NCBI GenBank assembly: GCA_963665815.1
Contig: OY762463.1
Span: 448,001-512,000, forward strand
DNA from: Candidatus Cloacimonadales bacterium
GTDB taxonomy: Bacteria > Cloacimonadota > Cloacimonadia > Cloacimonadales > JAIOQZ01
DNA: 64,000 nucleotides
Direction: 5' to 3'
Below are positions 39,130 to 48,676 of this stretch, piece by piece. Numbering within the stretch: position 1 is the stretch's first letter; every line of letters begins with the position of its first letter. The notes below the pieces were generated by a model. The model saw only the letters and a list, made by a program, of their open reading frames with translations, ran no database searches and had not been told where the DNA came from. The translations under genes and the position numbers were made by a program.

Positions 39130-39435
39130 CTAAAAAAAAATGTGTCAATAATAAAATATTTATTTCTTGTTTGATTACTATAAAGAAATACTTAAACTGT
39201 AACAATAGTTTTTACAGCAGGTTTACAATTGTAATGTGACTCATCTGACAAATAACCGAGCTAAGAAATTCTTATAATTGTTTATAACTGAAATATCATG
39301 TTATACTCTATGTTTTACAGGAAAAATTACAATTGATAGCAGAAGGCTTTTCCCTTTTCTAATGAGAAAAACTTATAACAATATTTATATGATTCTGAGT
39401 TGAATGTAAAAATTAAGAATCGGGGTCCGATTTCT

Positions 39436-40485
39436 CTATTCTCTATCCAGAATTTTCATGTACTGTTTGAAATGTTCCTTTGATACATACCTGATCGGGA
39501 AATAAAACGGAGTATAGCAAGTATTCCAGCAACCGGAGCATTTCTCGAATTTCTTTCGGAAGTTTTTCCATGTTTCTGAGGAAGTAAGTTCTGCCGGAGT
39601 TCTCTCCAGTATATTACCAATACTGTTACCAATGCACACAGAAACGTTTCCCTGAGGATGGATAAAAAATTTAGATCCGAACGTAGGAGACTCGATATAA
39701 GGGCAAAGCTTCGGTGCTTCATTACGGAAGTAGTTTTCGTAACCATTAAGAAGCCAGTCCGGAGTAAGTATGTTTTTCGATTTTTTAAGCTGCTCTATTA
39801 CCTTTGAGAACTTGTCATCCAGTTCGATCTTCATCTTTTCATTTTCGTTGTGGCTGTCGGAAGACCAGCGATAGATATCTGTATAGGCTTTCCAACCAAA
39901 TTCTTCCAGTTTTTCCAATATCTGCGGAACCTGATCAATATTCATTTTACTCACAACCAGACTGATCCTTGTTTGAATCTTATTTGCAGTCTCCGCATTC
40001 ATTCTGTTGATTTTGTGAATGTTGGCTGCTACGGTTTTCTCAACATTCTTTGCTCCGCGTATAATATCTGCAGTTTTACCAAGTCCGTCAAAAGAAGTTT
40101 GAATCGGAATTTGATGCTTGAAACATTTCTCCAGAAGTGGTTCAAGAATTTTGTCAGGAAGATAAAGATTTGTCAGAAGTTGTGTTCTCAGCAATTTCTT
40201 AGAGCTTATGTATTCTATCATCTCGTTAACATGAGGATTAAGTGCCGGTTCTCCACCGGAAAGCGTGATGCCCTGAGTCCCATGCTCAACAAGCTTGTCA
40301 ACAATCAGCTTAAAGTTCTCCAGATTCATGATTGTATTCTCATTTGCTTTTTCCGGAATACTGCATTGCAGACATCGTTGTGTACATTGATAGTTAAGCA
40401 GAAGGTTGACCAGAATAAATCCGGGTTTACGTTTTACAAAGTTCTTTATGTTTTTTCCAAGTCGGAAGATTACTTCTTTTTTCAT
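39436..40485 (-). CDS. Radical SAM protein with SPASM/Twitch-type C-terminus
   Basis: CTQRCLQC, SGGEP, SFDG; C-terminal CPY...VCIG...CSGCWNTC. SD GGAG before ATG 40485. Confidence 0.9.
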   Translation of the reverse strand: MKKEVIFRLGKNIKNFVKRKPGFILVNLLLNYQCTQRCLQCSIPEKANENTIMNLENFKLIVDKLVEHGTQGITLSGGEPALNPHVNEMIEYISSKKLLRTQLLTNLYLPDKILEPLLEKCFKHQIPIQTSFDGLGKTADIIRGAKNVEKTVAANIHKINRMNAETANKIQTRISLVVSKMNIDQVPQILEKLEEFGWKAYTDIYRWSSDSHNENEKMKIELDDKFSKVIEQLKKSKNILTPDWLLNGYENYFRNEAPKLCPYIESPTFGSKFFIHPQGNVSVCIGNSIGNILERTPAELTSSETWKNFRKKFEKCSGCWNTCYTPFYFPIRYVSKEHFKQYMKILDRE

Positions 40486-40562
40486 ATTGTCTCCATTGTA
40501 GATAGCATGATTTCTGTAAATCATTGCTTATGAAAACATTGTCAAGCAAACATTTTCACAGC

Positions 40563-41246
40563 TCAGCAAATCCCAAGGATTTTTGCTCCAACATAAAAGA
40601 TAGCAGCATCTGCAATAGCATGACTTATAAACCCCGGAATAACAGATTTGCTTATTCTGTAGTGGATAGCCCAGATTATCCCTGCAAAGAATATACAACC
40701 TGACCAGAAAAGGGATGAAGTAAGATCCAGATAGAACCGAAGCACAAAAAAATGGTGTAGAGTAAACATAAGGGCTGATGCAGGTATTGTTAAAAATGCA
40801 GGAAGCATCCTTCCAAGTGATCTGATAAGAAAGAATCTCCAGACAAATTCTTCCAATAGTGAATTCAGAAATACCCAGTAAATGAATCCCAGAACAAAGA
40901 TACCTGTGCTTTTCACACCAATATCAGACAGTTTCTCTGAGATTACAGCGTTATCTGCAAAAGTATGTCCTAACCACTTATAAGCTGCAATAATGAATAT
41001 CGATATTACGATTCCACTGCCGACTCCCGACAGAATATGCTTTAGTGATACAGGTTTCCTTTTGAACTTGTATTTCTCTGCGAATTTCAACCAGAGAAGC
41101 GGTACAGCCAGTATCGATAACCTGCAAAATCCGTAGATTGCATTACCGGGAACTGAATCTGGGAACCAATACATTGCCGATAGCGTGCCTATTGTGGGCA
41201 GAATCAGGATATTTAAAACAGGGAAAAGACTATTCGTGTTTCTCAT
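40563..41246 (-). CDS. CPBP (CAAX/Abi) intramembrane metalloprotease
   Basis: EEFVWR, FTLHH and SHAIAD motifs in a multi-TM protein. Confidence 0.9.
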   Translation of the reverse strand: MRNTNSLFPVLNILILPTIGTLSAMYWFPDSVPGNAIYGFCRLSILAVPLLWLKFAEKYKFKRKPVSLKHILSGVGSGIVISIFIIAAYKWLGHTFADNAVISEKLSDIGVKSTGIFVLGFIYWVFLNSLLEEFVWRFFLIRSLGRMLPAFLTIPASALMFTLHHFFVLRFYLDLTSSLFWSGCIFFAGIIWAIHYRISKSVIPGFISHAIADAAIFYVGAKILGIC

Positions 41247-41463
41247 AAATCTGATTTTTGATTGAGTAGGGTAGATGTCAATGAATTTGGGAATTTACTA
41301 TGCTTTTCGTTCTGATACAGCCAATGCTTGGATCGGTTAAGTAATTTCTGAATAATTCTTTGAGCTTTTCACTAAATCTATATTTTAGTAATCTGAATTA
41401 TCTGAGGATAATAAAAAGAGTTGATGATTGTGATTGATATGGAGTTTGAATTAGCAATATACA

Positions 41464-41494
41464 ACAAACAGGCTGTCGAATAATCAACAGCCTG
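41464..41494 (-). terminator. Intrinsic terminator of the serpin gene
   Basis: Minus strand CAGGCTGTTGA-TTAT-TCGACAGCCTG, then TTTGTT. Confidence 0.7.
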
Positions 41495-41520
41495 CTTTTA
41501 ATATATGGTAAAGTAAAGTT

Positions 41521-42705
41521 TTATGGTTTGACGAATGTTCCTGCAAAAAGGATTGTATCAGTTTCATCATCTACGATAAGATATATGAAAGGTTTGTTTG
41601 CATTGAACTGTTTAGCCATACTGATTGTTCTGGCAACTGCAGCAGTTGCTCCAGCTGCTTCTGTTCCTTCTTCGTTTACTTCGATAAATGTTTTATGGAT
41701 AATATCATCAATTACAAGCTGTTCTCTTTTATTGATTTTAGTAAAATCAGCCTGAGATGAAAATATGTTTGAGTAGCCAAGATCAGTCAGTTTTTCTTTA
41801 AGTGAGTATCTGACTGTATTAGTAAATCTTGGAAGCATTACGTTGGTTTTTCTGCTTTTCATTTCACTTTTCTTAGTATAAAGCTGTTCAAGAGTGACAC
41901 TTTTGAGTAGCTCATTGAATGTTCTGAGAGAACCATCGCCTTTATCCTTTGGCAGGATAACAAGCATACTGGATTTTTCGTTGATGTAGGGAAGACTTAC
42001 CATCTGCACCAGTTTATCTTCGTAGTAGCTATATTTTGATTCATCAGACATCATATCTACCTGTTCGTTATTTTTCATAGGCATGTATGATCTGAAATCT
42101 CTTTTTCGAGTATTGGCAGGATCGAACTTGTTTTTCCACTGTCCCTTGAAGTATACGGCATTGGTGAGAACAAATCTGGTTGTAGGAGTTATGGAACTTG
42201 GCTTAAGCAGATCTTTAATCTTATCCATAGTCTTCTCTTCAACCCATTTGTTGATGTCAAGTCTTGCTGACTCATATCTCTTCTGGAAATCCACATGATG
42301 AATCTCTGATTTGTAGTATTTTTTCATTACTCTTCTGAATCCCCAGCGAGGTTTGATAGTGTTATCAAGCCAGATTGAGTTAGCTGTCATGATATTGAAT
42401 TTATCAGAGCTGTTTGCTTTGAGAGTTGCATCAAGTTTTCTCAGTGATTTGTATGGTTTTTTTGTTTTTAGATTCATGGCTTCTGACATTGCATTCTTTG
42501 TGGACTTACCTGCTCCGGAATGAAGCATGGATAACACAGATGTAATGCTGTAAGGTGCTATAAAACTGTTTTCATCCTCACTCATTACTTCTTTAAGAAG
42601 TTTGAAGGATAGCTCATTGTTAACCTTGGACATCTCATTTGCTTCGGCACTAATGAATGAGACAGCAAAGAGACAGATGATAGAGAAAATAAATAGTTTC
42701 TTCAT
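41521..42705 (-). CDS. Secreted serpin (serine protease inhibitor)
   Basis: Signal peptide; APYSI, INKWVEEKT, NAVYFKGQW, EVNEEGTEAAGAT, FNANKPFIYLI. Confidence 0.96.
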   Translation of the reverse strand: MKKLFIFSIICLFAVSFISAEANEMSKVNNELSFKLLKEVMSEDENSFIAPYSITSVLSMLHSGAGKSTKNAMSEAMNLKTKKPYKSLRKLDATLKANSSDKFNIMTANSIWLDNTIKPRWGFRRVMKKYYKSEIHHVDFQKRYESARLDINKWVEEKTMDKIKDLLKPSSITPTTRFVLTNAVYFKGQWKNKFDPANTRKRDFRSYMPMKNNEQVDMMSDESKYSYYEDKLVQMVSLPYINEKSSMLVILPKDKGDGSLRTFNELLKSVTLEQLYTKKSEMKSRKTNVMLPRFTNTVRYSLKEKLTDLGYSNIFSSQADFTKINKREQLVIDDIIHKTFIEVNEEGTEAAGATAAVARTISMAKQFNANKPFIYLIVDDETDTILFAGTFVKP

Positions 42706-42784
42706 ATAATTTTCCTTTCGTAGATGAATTTATTCTTTTTAAATCATTAACATCAAAATTGAATATCTGCTTCAATATTGCTTA

Positions 42785-44212
42785 TTAAATGAATTTTCTT
42801 AACATTAAGTATATTCTGTTTTTCGTCAATAAATTTGCTGAAAAGAGATAAATAAAGGTTATGAGAATAGATAATCCCAGAGAATACAATATTGATAAAT
42901 TTCTGATAAAGTAAAAGCCGGTAATCAGTAACAGAATTGCAAATCCATTTATCAATAGTTTGTTTAGAAAAATCCTGAATTTCAGTTTCAGCATTCTGAA
43001 AATGATAAATCCATATGTCAGGTGTGATACAAAAGTTGCTGCTACATATCCGGCAAGTGATGCTTTGAATCCAAAATGACTGCCTGCAAAAACGGCAATA
43101 ATAATCGTTAGAAGAGTAAAAATTCTCCAGTAAAGTTCGTATTGTGCTTTTTCCATGATAACCGGAATCGAGCTGATTGGATTAACAAAAAGCAGAGTAG
43201 CAGAATTAAGTGAAAGCATAACCATGACAGGCAGTGCATCTGCCCATTTATCTCCAAGGATGACAGGGATAATTTTCACAAGAAAGAAAACAAACCAAGC
43301 GAGTAATGCCCAGAAAATTCCGGTTACTGCAAAGAGATAGTTATGGATCCCTCTGTTCCTTTCTTCATTTGTCATTTGACTGAATGATGGAAAAAATACA
43401 TTCTTGATTGCAGTTGTAATAAACGATACCGGTGTATTGATCATTTTTCCTGCCAGACCAAACACACCGATTTCTGCAACAGAGAATGCATGACCCAGAT
43501 AGATAATCATGAAATTATTGCATAGAAAGCCAATAACATGTGTGATTGTAGTTATCTTAAGGAACCTGATGTCTTTTGACTTATCTACTCCATCCGTAAC
43601 AGGTTCTTTTTTTAATGATCCTGCTATTCTATACAAAATCCCTGCTTTTCTGTTTGTAAGCAGTAATATAACTTCGAACAGATCACCTGCGAGAAAACAG
43701 AGAAATAAAATCCAATAATTCGCTTTGAAGTGGAAAGAAATAAGTATCAAGGCAGAATAAAGAATGACATTAAATGTTTCGAATAAAGAAAACTGCTTGA
43801 ACATGAGTTTTTTCTGCAGATATGTTTTGGCTATTTTCCTGATAGAATACAGGAATACGAATATTGCGAAATAGCGAAACAAATCAATAAGCCGTTCATC
43901 TTTCATGTATATTGAAACCGGGACGGCAGAAAAAAAGAATAGAACAGTAAAAACAGAGGCAACAGTCAGAGTGATTTTTGTCAGGAGCGAGAAATAGTAT
44001 TTTTCAGCCTTTTTACGTACAACATAGAGATATTCAGTACTCAATGTTGCCAGCATTACTGCAAATGTTATTGCCCTGACGAACACCTCAAACAAGCCAA
44101 TGTCTTCTTTATCAAGACAGCGAGCTATGTACAGTGATAGTATTGCAACACCGCTTCGTCTGATCACTGAGAGACTCAAATTCCATTTTATTGATGAGAT
44201 TACTTTCTTCAT
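42785..44212 (-). CDS. Oligosaccharide flippase (Wzx, MOP superfamily)
   Basis: About 12-14 hydrophobic segments; YIARCLDKEDIG, EIGVFGLA, VFFPSFS, ILGDKWADA. Confidence 0.85.
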   Translation of the reverse strand: MKKVISSIKWNLSLSVIRRSGVAILSLYIARCLDKEDIGLFEVFVRAITFAVMLATLSTEYLYVVRKKAEKYYFSLLTKITLTVASVFTVLFFFSAVPVSIYMKDERLIDLFRYFAIFVFLYSIRKIAKTYLQKKLMFKQFSLFETFNVILYSALILISFHFKANYWILFLCFLAGDLFEVILLLTNRKAGILYRIAGSLKKEPVTDGVDKSKDIRFLKITTITHVIGFLCNNFMIIYLGHAFSVAEIGVFGLAGKMINTPVSFITTAIKNVFFPSFSQMTNEERNRGIHNYLFAVTGIFWALLAWFVFFLVKIIPVILGDKWADALPVMVMLSLNSATLLFVNPISSIPVIMEKAQYELYWRIFTLLTIIIAVFAGSHFGFKASLAGYVAATFVSHLTYGFIIFRMLKLKFRIFLNKLLINGFAILLLITGFYFIRNLSILYSLGLSILITFIYLFSANLLTKNRIYLMLRKFI

Positions 44213-44392
44213 ATTTATTCCGAAACACAGAATATAAACAGTATTTCGATAGTCTATACTTTTTTATCAATATTCTTTATTAATACATGTTTTTTTTTAT
44301 AAATCATTAACAATTATGTGCTATCATTAAGGAAAGATATTATATTTCCTGCAGGAAGAGATCTAAGTAATTGCGAATTTTATAAGGAGCCG

Positions 44393-46486
44393 ATGATGGA
44401 GAAGAGTATAGAGAAGTATGGAGAACTCACGTTTTCTCTCAAAGTAATGAAGAATAAACTCAGCAGGAATGTTTACAGGAGATTTATAGATTGTGTGGAA
44501 AACGGTCTTGAATTTGATTCCGAGCTTGCAGATGATGTTGCTCATGCGATGAAAGAATGGGCGTTGGAAAATGGAGCAACTCATTTCACGCATTGGTTTC
44601 AGCCTTATAGATCCGGTACTGCTGAGAAGCATGAAACGTTTCTGATGTATGAGGATAGTGATGTAATTCAACGATTTTCCGGTAAGTGCCTGATGAAATC
44701 CGAGCCTGATGCTTCATCTTTCCCGTCTGGTGGAATGCGTTCAACATTTGAAGCTCGTGGTTATGCAAGCTGGGATCCGTTATCTCAGGCATTTCTTCTC
44801 GAAGCAGAAAAAACAAAAACGCTTGTAATCCCTTCTGTGTTTTTCTCATACTCTGGTTTGGTATTAGACTTGAAAACTCCTATGCTTCGTTCTCAAAATG
44901 CTTTAAACAAGGAATGTATTAGACTACAGAAATTTCTGGGAAATCGGTTAGCAAAAAATCTGAAGGTCAATATCGGAATTGAACAGGAGTATTTTCTTGT
45001 TAGAAAAAGTCTGTTTGATAAACGGCCTGATCTTAAGATATGTAACAGAACACTCATGGGTTTACCACCTGTTAAAGGTCAGCTTATGGAAGATCATTAT
45101 TTCAGCTCCATCAAACCGGAAGTACTTGCTTTCATGGAGGAACTTGATCATCAGCTCTTCCGAAGGGGTATACCTGTAAAGACCAGGCATAACGAAGTTG
45201 CTCCAAATCAGTTCGAGCTGGCTCCTTTATACGAGGAATCTAATCCTGCAGTAGATCATAATCTTCAGATAATGGATTTGCTTCAAAGAGTAGCTGGAAA
45301 GCATGGATTTTCTGCGTTGCTGCATGAGAAACCTTTTGCCTCAGTAAACGGATCCGGTAAGCATGTGAACTGGTCTATCAGTGATAACACTGGAGCAAAT
45401 TATCTTGAACCATCTAAATCACCTCTTAAAAATATTATGTTTCTTCTGACAATTGCTGCAATATTGTATGGAATTAAAAAACATGGTAAACTGTTGAGAG
45501 CAGTAATTGCAGATGCAGGAAATGAGCATAGACTCGGTGGAAATGAAGCACCTCCTGAAATTATCTCTGTTTATCTTGGAGATTATCTGACTAACTTATT
45601 CACTAATCTTGAAAATTCTCATGATATTACAACAGAGAAAATGGATTTTATTAATTCAGGACTTCAAAATCTCCCTAAAATCAGCAAGGATTTCTCAGAC
45701 AGAAACAGGACGTCTCCATTTGCTTTTACCGGAAACAAGTTCGAGTTCAGAGCTGTAGGCTCAAATCAGAATCCATCTGAAGCTATAACAATTATCAATA
45801 CAATCACTGCATGTGGTTACAATAAAATATTCAGAATGCTGGAAGAAATGGAGGGAAATCCACGCGAAAATGCATTCAAAGTATTTTCACGAATATACAA
45901 TTATAGTTCTGAGGTCGTGTTTAATGGTAATTGCTATTGTGAAGAGTGGGAAGCAGAAGCCCAAAAGAGAAATCTGTCATGTATAAAGAGTACATCTGAT
46001 GCTATATTGGTGATGAATGACGAGTGTTCAGTAAAGCTATTCAGGAGCTACAAAGTTTTATCTCCGGAAGAACTTAATTCCAAGGTTCTTGCAAAACTTG
46101 ATAACTATATAAACATGAAAAAGATAGAGATTAAATGTGCCGTGAGAATGATTGAGCAGGGATATCTACCGGTATTGCTGAAAGTAATGGATGAAGCTTC
46201 AGGTTTATTGAACAGTCTGAATCAACTGAATATCAGTAATGAAGATATTATGAATAAACTCAGACATCTTTCCAGATTGTATTCATCTCTGAAAGGGAAA
46301 AGTAACAGGCTGATTGAATTACTATCGGAAATTGAGACAGTGGATAGCCAGAATTTTTCATCGGATGCAATTCATACAGCTGACGATTTACTTAAAAAAC
46401 TCAGTGAATTGATTTCTCAGTGTGAGATGCAGTTACCTGAAAGCATGTTACCTTTTCCATCTCATGAGGAACTGCTTTCAATATAA
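44393..46486 (+). CDS. glnN: Glutamine synthetase type III
   Basis: HWFQP, EPDASSFPSGG, EQEYFL, HNEVAPNQFE, NGSGKH, HRLGGNEAPP, DRNRTSPFAFTGNKFEFR. SD AAGGAG before ATG 44393/44396. Confidence 0.93.
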   Translation: MMEKSIEKYGELTFSLKVMKNKLSRNVYRRFIDCVENGLEFDSELADDVAHAMKEWALENGATHFTHWFQPYRSGTAEKHETFLMYEDSDVIQRFSGKCLMKSEPDASSFPSGGMRSTFEARGYASWDPLSQAFLLEAEKTKTLVIPSVFFSYSGLVLDLKTPMLRSQNALNKECIRLQKFLGNRLAKNLKVNIGIEQEYFLVRKSLFDKRPDLKICNRTLMGLPPVKGQLMEDHYFSSIKPEVLAFMEELDHQLFRRGIPVKTRHNEVAPNQFELAPLYEESNPAVDHNLQIMDLLQRVAGKHGFSALLHEKPFASVNGSGKHVNWSISDNTGANYLEPSKSPLKNIMFLLTIAAILYGIKKHGKLLRAVIADAGNEHRLGGNEAPPEIISVYLGDYLTNLFTNLENSHDITTEKMDFINSGLQNLPKISKDFSDRNRTSPFAFTGNKFEFRAVGSNQNPSEAITIINTITACGYNKIFRMLEEMEGNPRENAFKVFSRIYNYSSEVVFNGNCYCEEWEAEAQKRNLSCIKSTSDAILVMNDECSVKLFRSYKVLSPEELNSKVLAKLDNYINMKKIEIKCAVRMIEQGYLPVLLKVMDEASGLLNSLNQLNISNEDIMNKLRHLSRLYSSLKGKSNRLIELLSEIETVDSQNFSSDAIHTADDLLKKLSELISQCEMQLPESMLPFPSHEELLSI

Positions 46487-46546
46487 GTTTATAGATAAGA
46501 GACAACCTGTTAATGATTCAGCAGGCTGCTCATTAGGATGAGAAGA

Positions 46547-47311
46547 CTAATATCCTGTCCTGAAAAGGTTTCTTGCCCCTTTTATCCCGCATTTCTGGTA
46601 TTTATTATATACTTTTGCTGCTCTTTCGAGGATTTGCTCGTCAGTTTCTTCTATCAGCCAGCCATCTAAGGCCCACTTCAGAGTGTATGCTTCAGGAGCC
46701 ATAAGGTTTGTTGTCCATAGCAACGGGTTTACTCCGGTTTTCATAATATATTTTTTAAAATACCTTTTACTTGCACATGCAAGAATGATTGCCTCTTGTT
46801 TATCTTTTCTTCTTGAAAGTGAATCTTCGATTTCAAATTCCATCAGTCCATCATGTCCCACGTAAGAAATAAGATCGGATTTCCCACCAAATCTGAGTTT
46901 AAGAGAGTCTATCGCGATATCTACTGTAAAGTTATCACTTGCAGATAACAGAAAATCTGTGATTGTCTGTTTGATTTCTGCACCGTTATATGCATCTGCC
47001 AACAAATAAGCATTATGAACTTTATGTTTAAAAATAACTCTCTGGATAACAATGCTGTCAGGAGTATTTACCGTTTTAACAAGTTTCCACTCTTTACTGT
47101 TTTTGAAATATGTTTTTACTCCACCCGACAATCCCCAATATAGATTGTTATCAGCATCTTTACCGTTTCCCATAAATGCAGGAACTTTATGGATGCCCTG
47201 ATGAATATTATCACAAAGAGCCACAAATACATGAATAGTCTCAATTCCCTCATTTGAAAGTAATGGGATTCCAATAATTAATATGATGAAAACAATTATA
47301 TTTTTTTTCAT
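46547..47311 (-). CDS. Secreted hypothetical protein, possible caspase-hemoglobinase-fold peptidase
   Basis: Signal peptide; motifs LISYVGHDG and AIILACAS. Confidence 0.65.
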   Translation of the reverse strand: MKKNIIVFIILIIGIPLLSNEGIETIHVFVALCDNIHQGIHKVPAFMGNGKDADNNLYWGLSGGVKTYFKNSKEWKLVKTVNTPDSIVIQRVIFKHKVHNAYLLADAYNGAEIKQTITDFLLSASDNFTVDIAIDSLKLRFGGKSDLISYVGHDGLMEFEIEDSLSRRKDKQEAIILACASKRYFKKYIMKTGVNPLLWTTNLMAPEAYTLKWALDGWLIEETDEQILERAAKVYNKYQKCGIKGARNLFRTGY

Positions 47312-47450
47312 ACAAGCGACTCCTGAATATTTCAGTCAATTGATGAAAGTTTCTTGAATAAATGTCAATAAAAGAAAAGGCAAACATGCCCCCTTTTTTT
47401 AGAAATTTTGATACTGCATTAATGCTCAGTCACCATCAGTACTTATTTAT

Positions 47451-47702
47451 GTTTTCATTTCTTTTCATCGGAAAAGAAACGAAACAAAGAAAACTCCCCA
47501 CGGTCGAAAGATTATTTAAGAAACTTGTTCATCATGGGCTTTGTTAGGCTCGCTGCAAAGCTCTTTTATTACGTAAAATAGTTCAATCATGAACTTTTCG
47601 TAATACAGTAAATCATATCATTAGCTCGAACAGGTAACAAAGCCTGTTCAAGATTCACTTTATTTCTTCGAGACAATAATCTTTCTCAAATGTGGGTCTT
47701 TG
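47451..47702 (+). other. Structured non-coding element (5' hairpin plus nested long-range stems); ncRNA or non-autonomous repeat
   Basis: One 5' hairpin and seven nested helices read directly from the sequence (see findings). Several G-U pairs favour the plus strand. Confidence 0.6.
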
Positions 47703-47832
47703 CTATAAGATTATCTGAGTTTCTTCAAGACCTGTAAATTGTTAAATTTTCATTAGATACAGGTATTATGTATCTATATTACAATCAGTTGCATTATATT
47801 GGAAATGTAATTTTGGGGATATGCCTCAAATC

Positions 47833-47857
47833 AAAAGGCAGTCAGTTAGACTGCCTT
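47833..47857 (-). terminator. Intrinsic terminator of the nitroreductase gene
   Basis: Perfect 9-bp stem AAGGCAGTC/GACTGCCTT, then a short T tract on the minus strand. Confidence 0.7.
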
Positions 47858-47879
47858 GAAAACATGTATAATCTTAAAG

Positions 47880-48491
47880 TTAAACTTCCTCTACAATCTC
47901 ATCATAGGTATATCTGAAACCTCTGGGATACAACTCTTTTGATTTATCATAATATCCCATGGTAATAACCATGACAACGTGTTCATCTTCTTTCAAGTTG
48001 AACTTACTTTTTATTCCATCAAAGTCAATACCGCTCATTGGGTGAGTGTCTACACCTTTTGATTTTGCGGTGTACATGATTGACATGGCAAGTAATCCTG
48101 CGTTACTCTCTGCAAACTTAATCTTCCTTTCTTCACTTGAACCATACAAATAGTTTGCAGCGTCTTTAGCTCCCTGTACTACCTGTTCATTTGTCAGCTT
48201 CAGCATTTCTGCCCAAGTTTTGCTCTCATCTCTGAAACCTTTTCTATCTCCTGCAATTATTAAACTTACCGGAGCATCCAGAACTTTTGGTTGCTTGTTG
48301 GAAAGCTCAAACAGGTCTTTCTTTGCCTGATCTGACTTTACTGCTATAACTTTCCATGGTTGCAGATTAAATGCAGATGGAGCAAGTACGGCAGTATCAA
48401 TTATTTCTCTTAAAACATTATCAGCTATAGGTTTTGATTTATCAAAGAAGTTTACGGATCTTCTTTCATTAATAACATCTATATATTTCAT
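47880..48491 (-). CDS. Nitroreductase family protein
   Basis: RRSVNFF, APSAFNLQPW, GVDTHPMSGID. Confidence 0.93.
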   Translation of the reverse strand: MKYIDVINERRSVNFFDKSKPIADNVLREIIDTAVLAPSAFNLQPWKVIAVKSDQAKKDLFELSNKQPKVLDAPVSLIIAGDRKGFRDESKTWAEMLKLTNEQVVQGAKDAANYLYGSSEERKIKFAESNAGLLAMSIMYTAKSKGVDTHPMSGIDFDGIKSKFNLKEDEHVVMVITMGYYDKSKELYPRGFRYTYDEIVEEV

Positions 48492-48676
48492 TTTTTTTCT
48501 CCTGTTAGTTCATTCTATTAATTATTTCAATTAATACTTTTATTATAGTATAAGTAAACGGTATGAAATGCAATATCTTTTTTTTTCTATCAAAAGAGTT
48601 TTAAATAATTTGTCCATGCAGTGAATAGTATTACTTTTTTATTATAGCTCTTAAAAATATATATGATGGGGATTAC

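Noticed and set aside
39235-39250. TGTGA-N6-TGACA upstream of gdhA as a GlnR/TnrA or CRP box
   Set aside because: The spacer does not fit TGTNA-N7-TNACA and there is a mismatch to the CRP consensus; a single weak instance.
39850-40533. 227-aa plus-strand ORF
   Set aside because: Almost wholly antisense to the motif-supported radical SAM gene and has no recognisable motifs; shadow ORF.
47362-47547. 61-aa ORF overlapping the structured element
   Set aside because: No SD; its FSFLF..KETKQRK sequence is simply the translation of the T-rich/A-rich hairpin.
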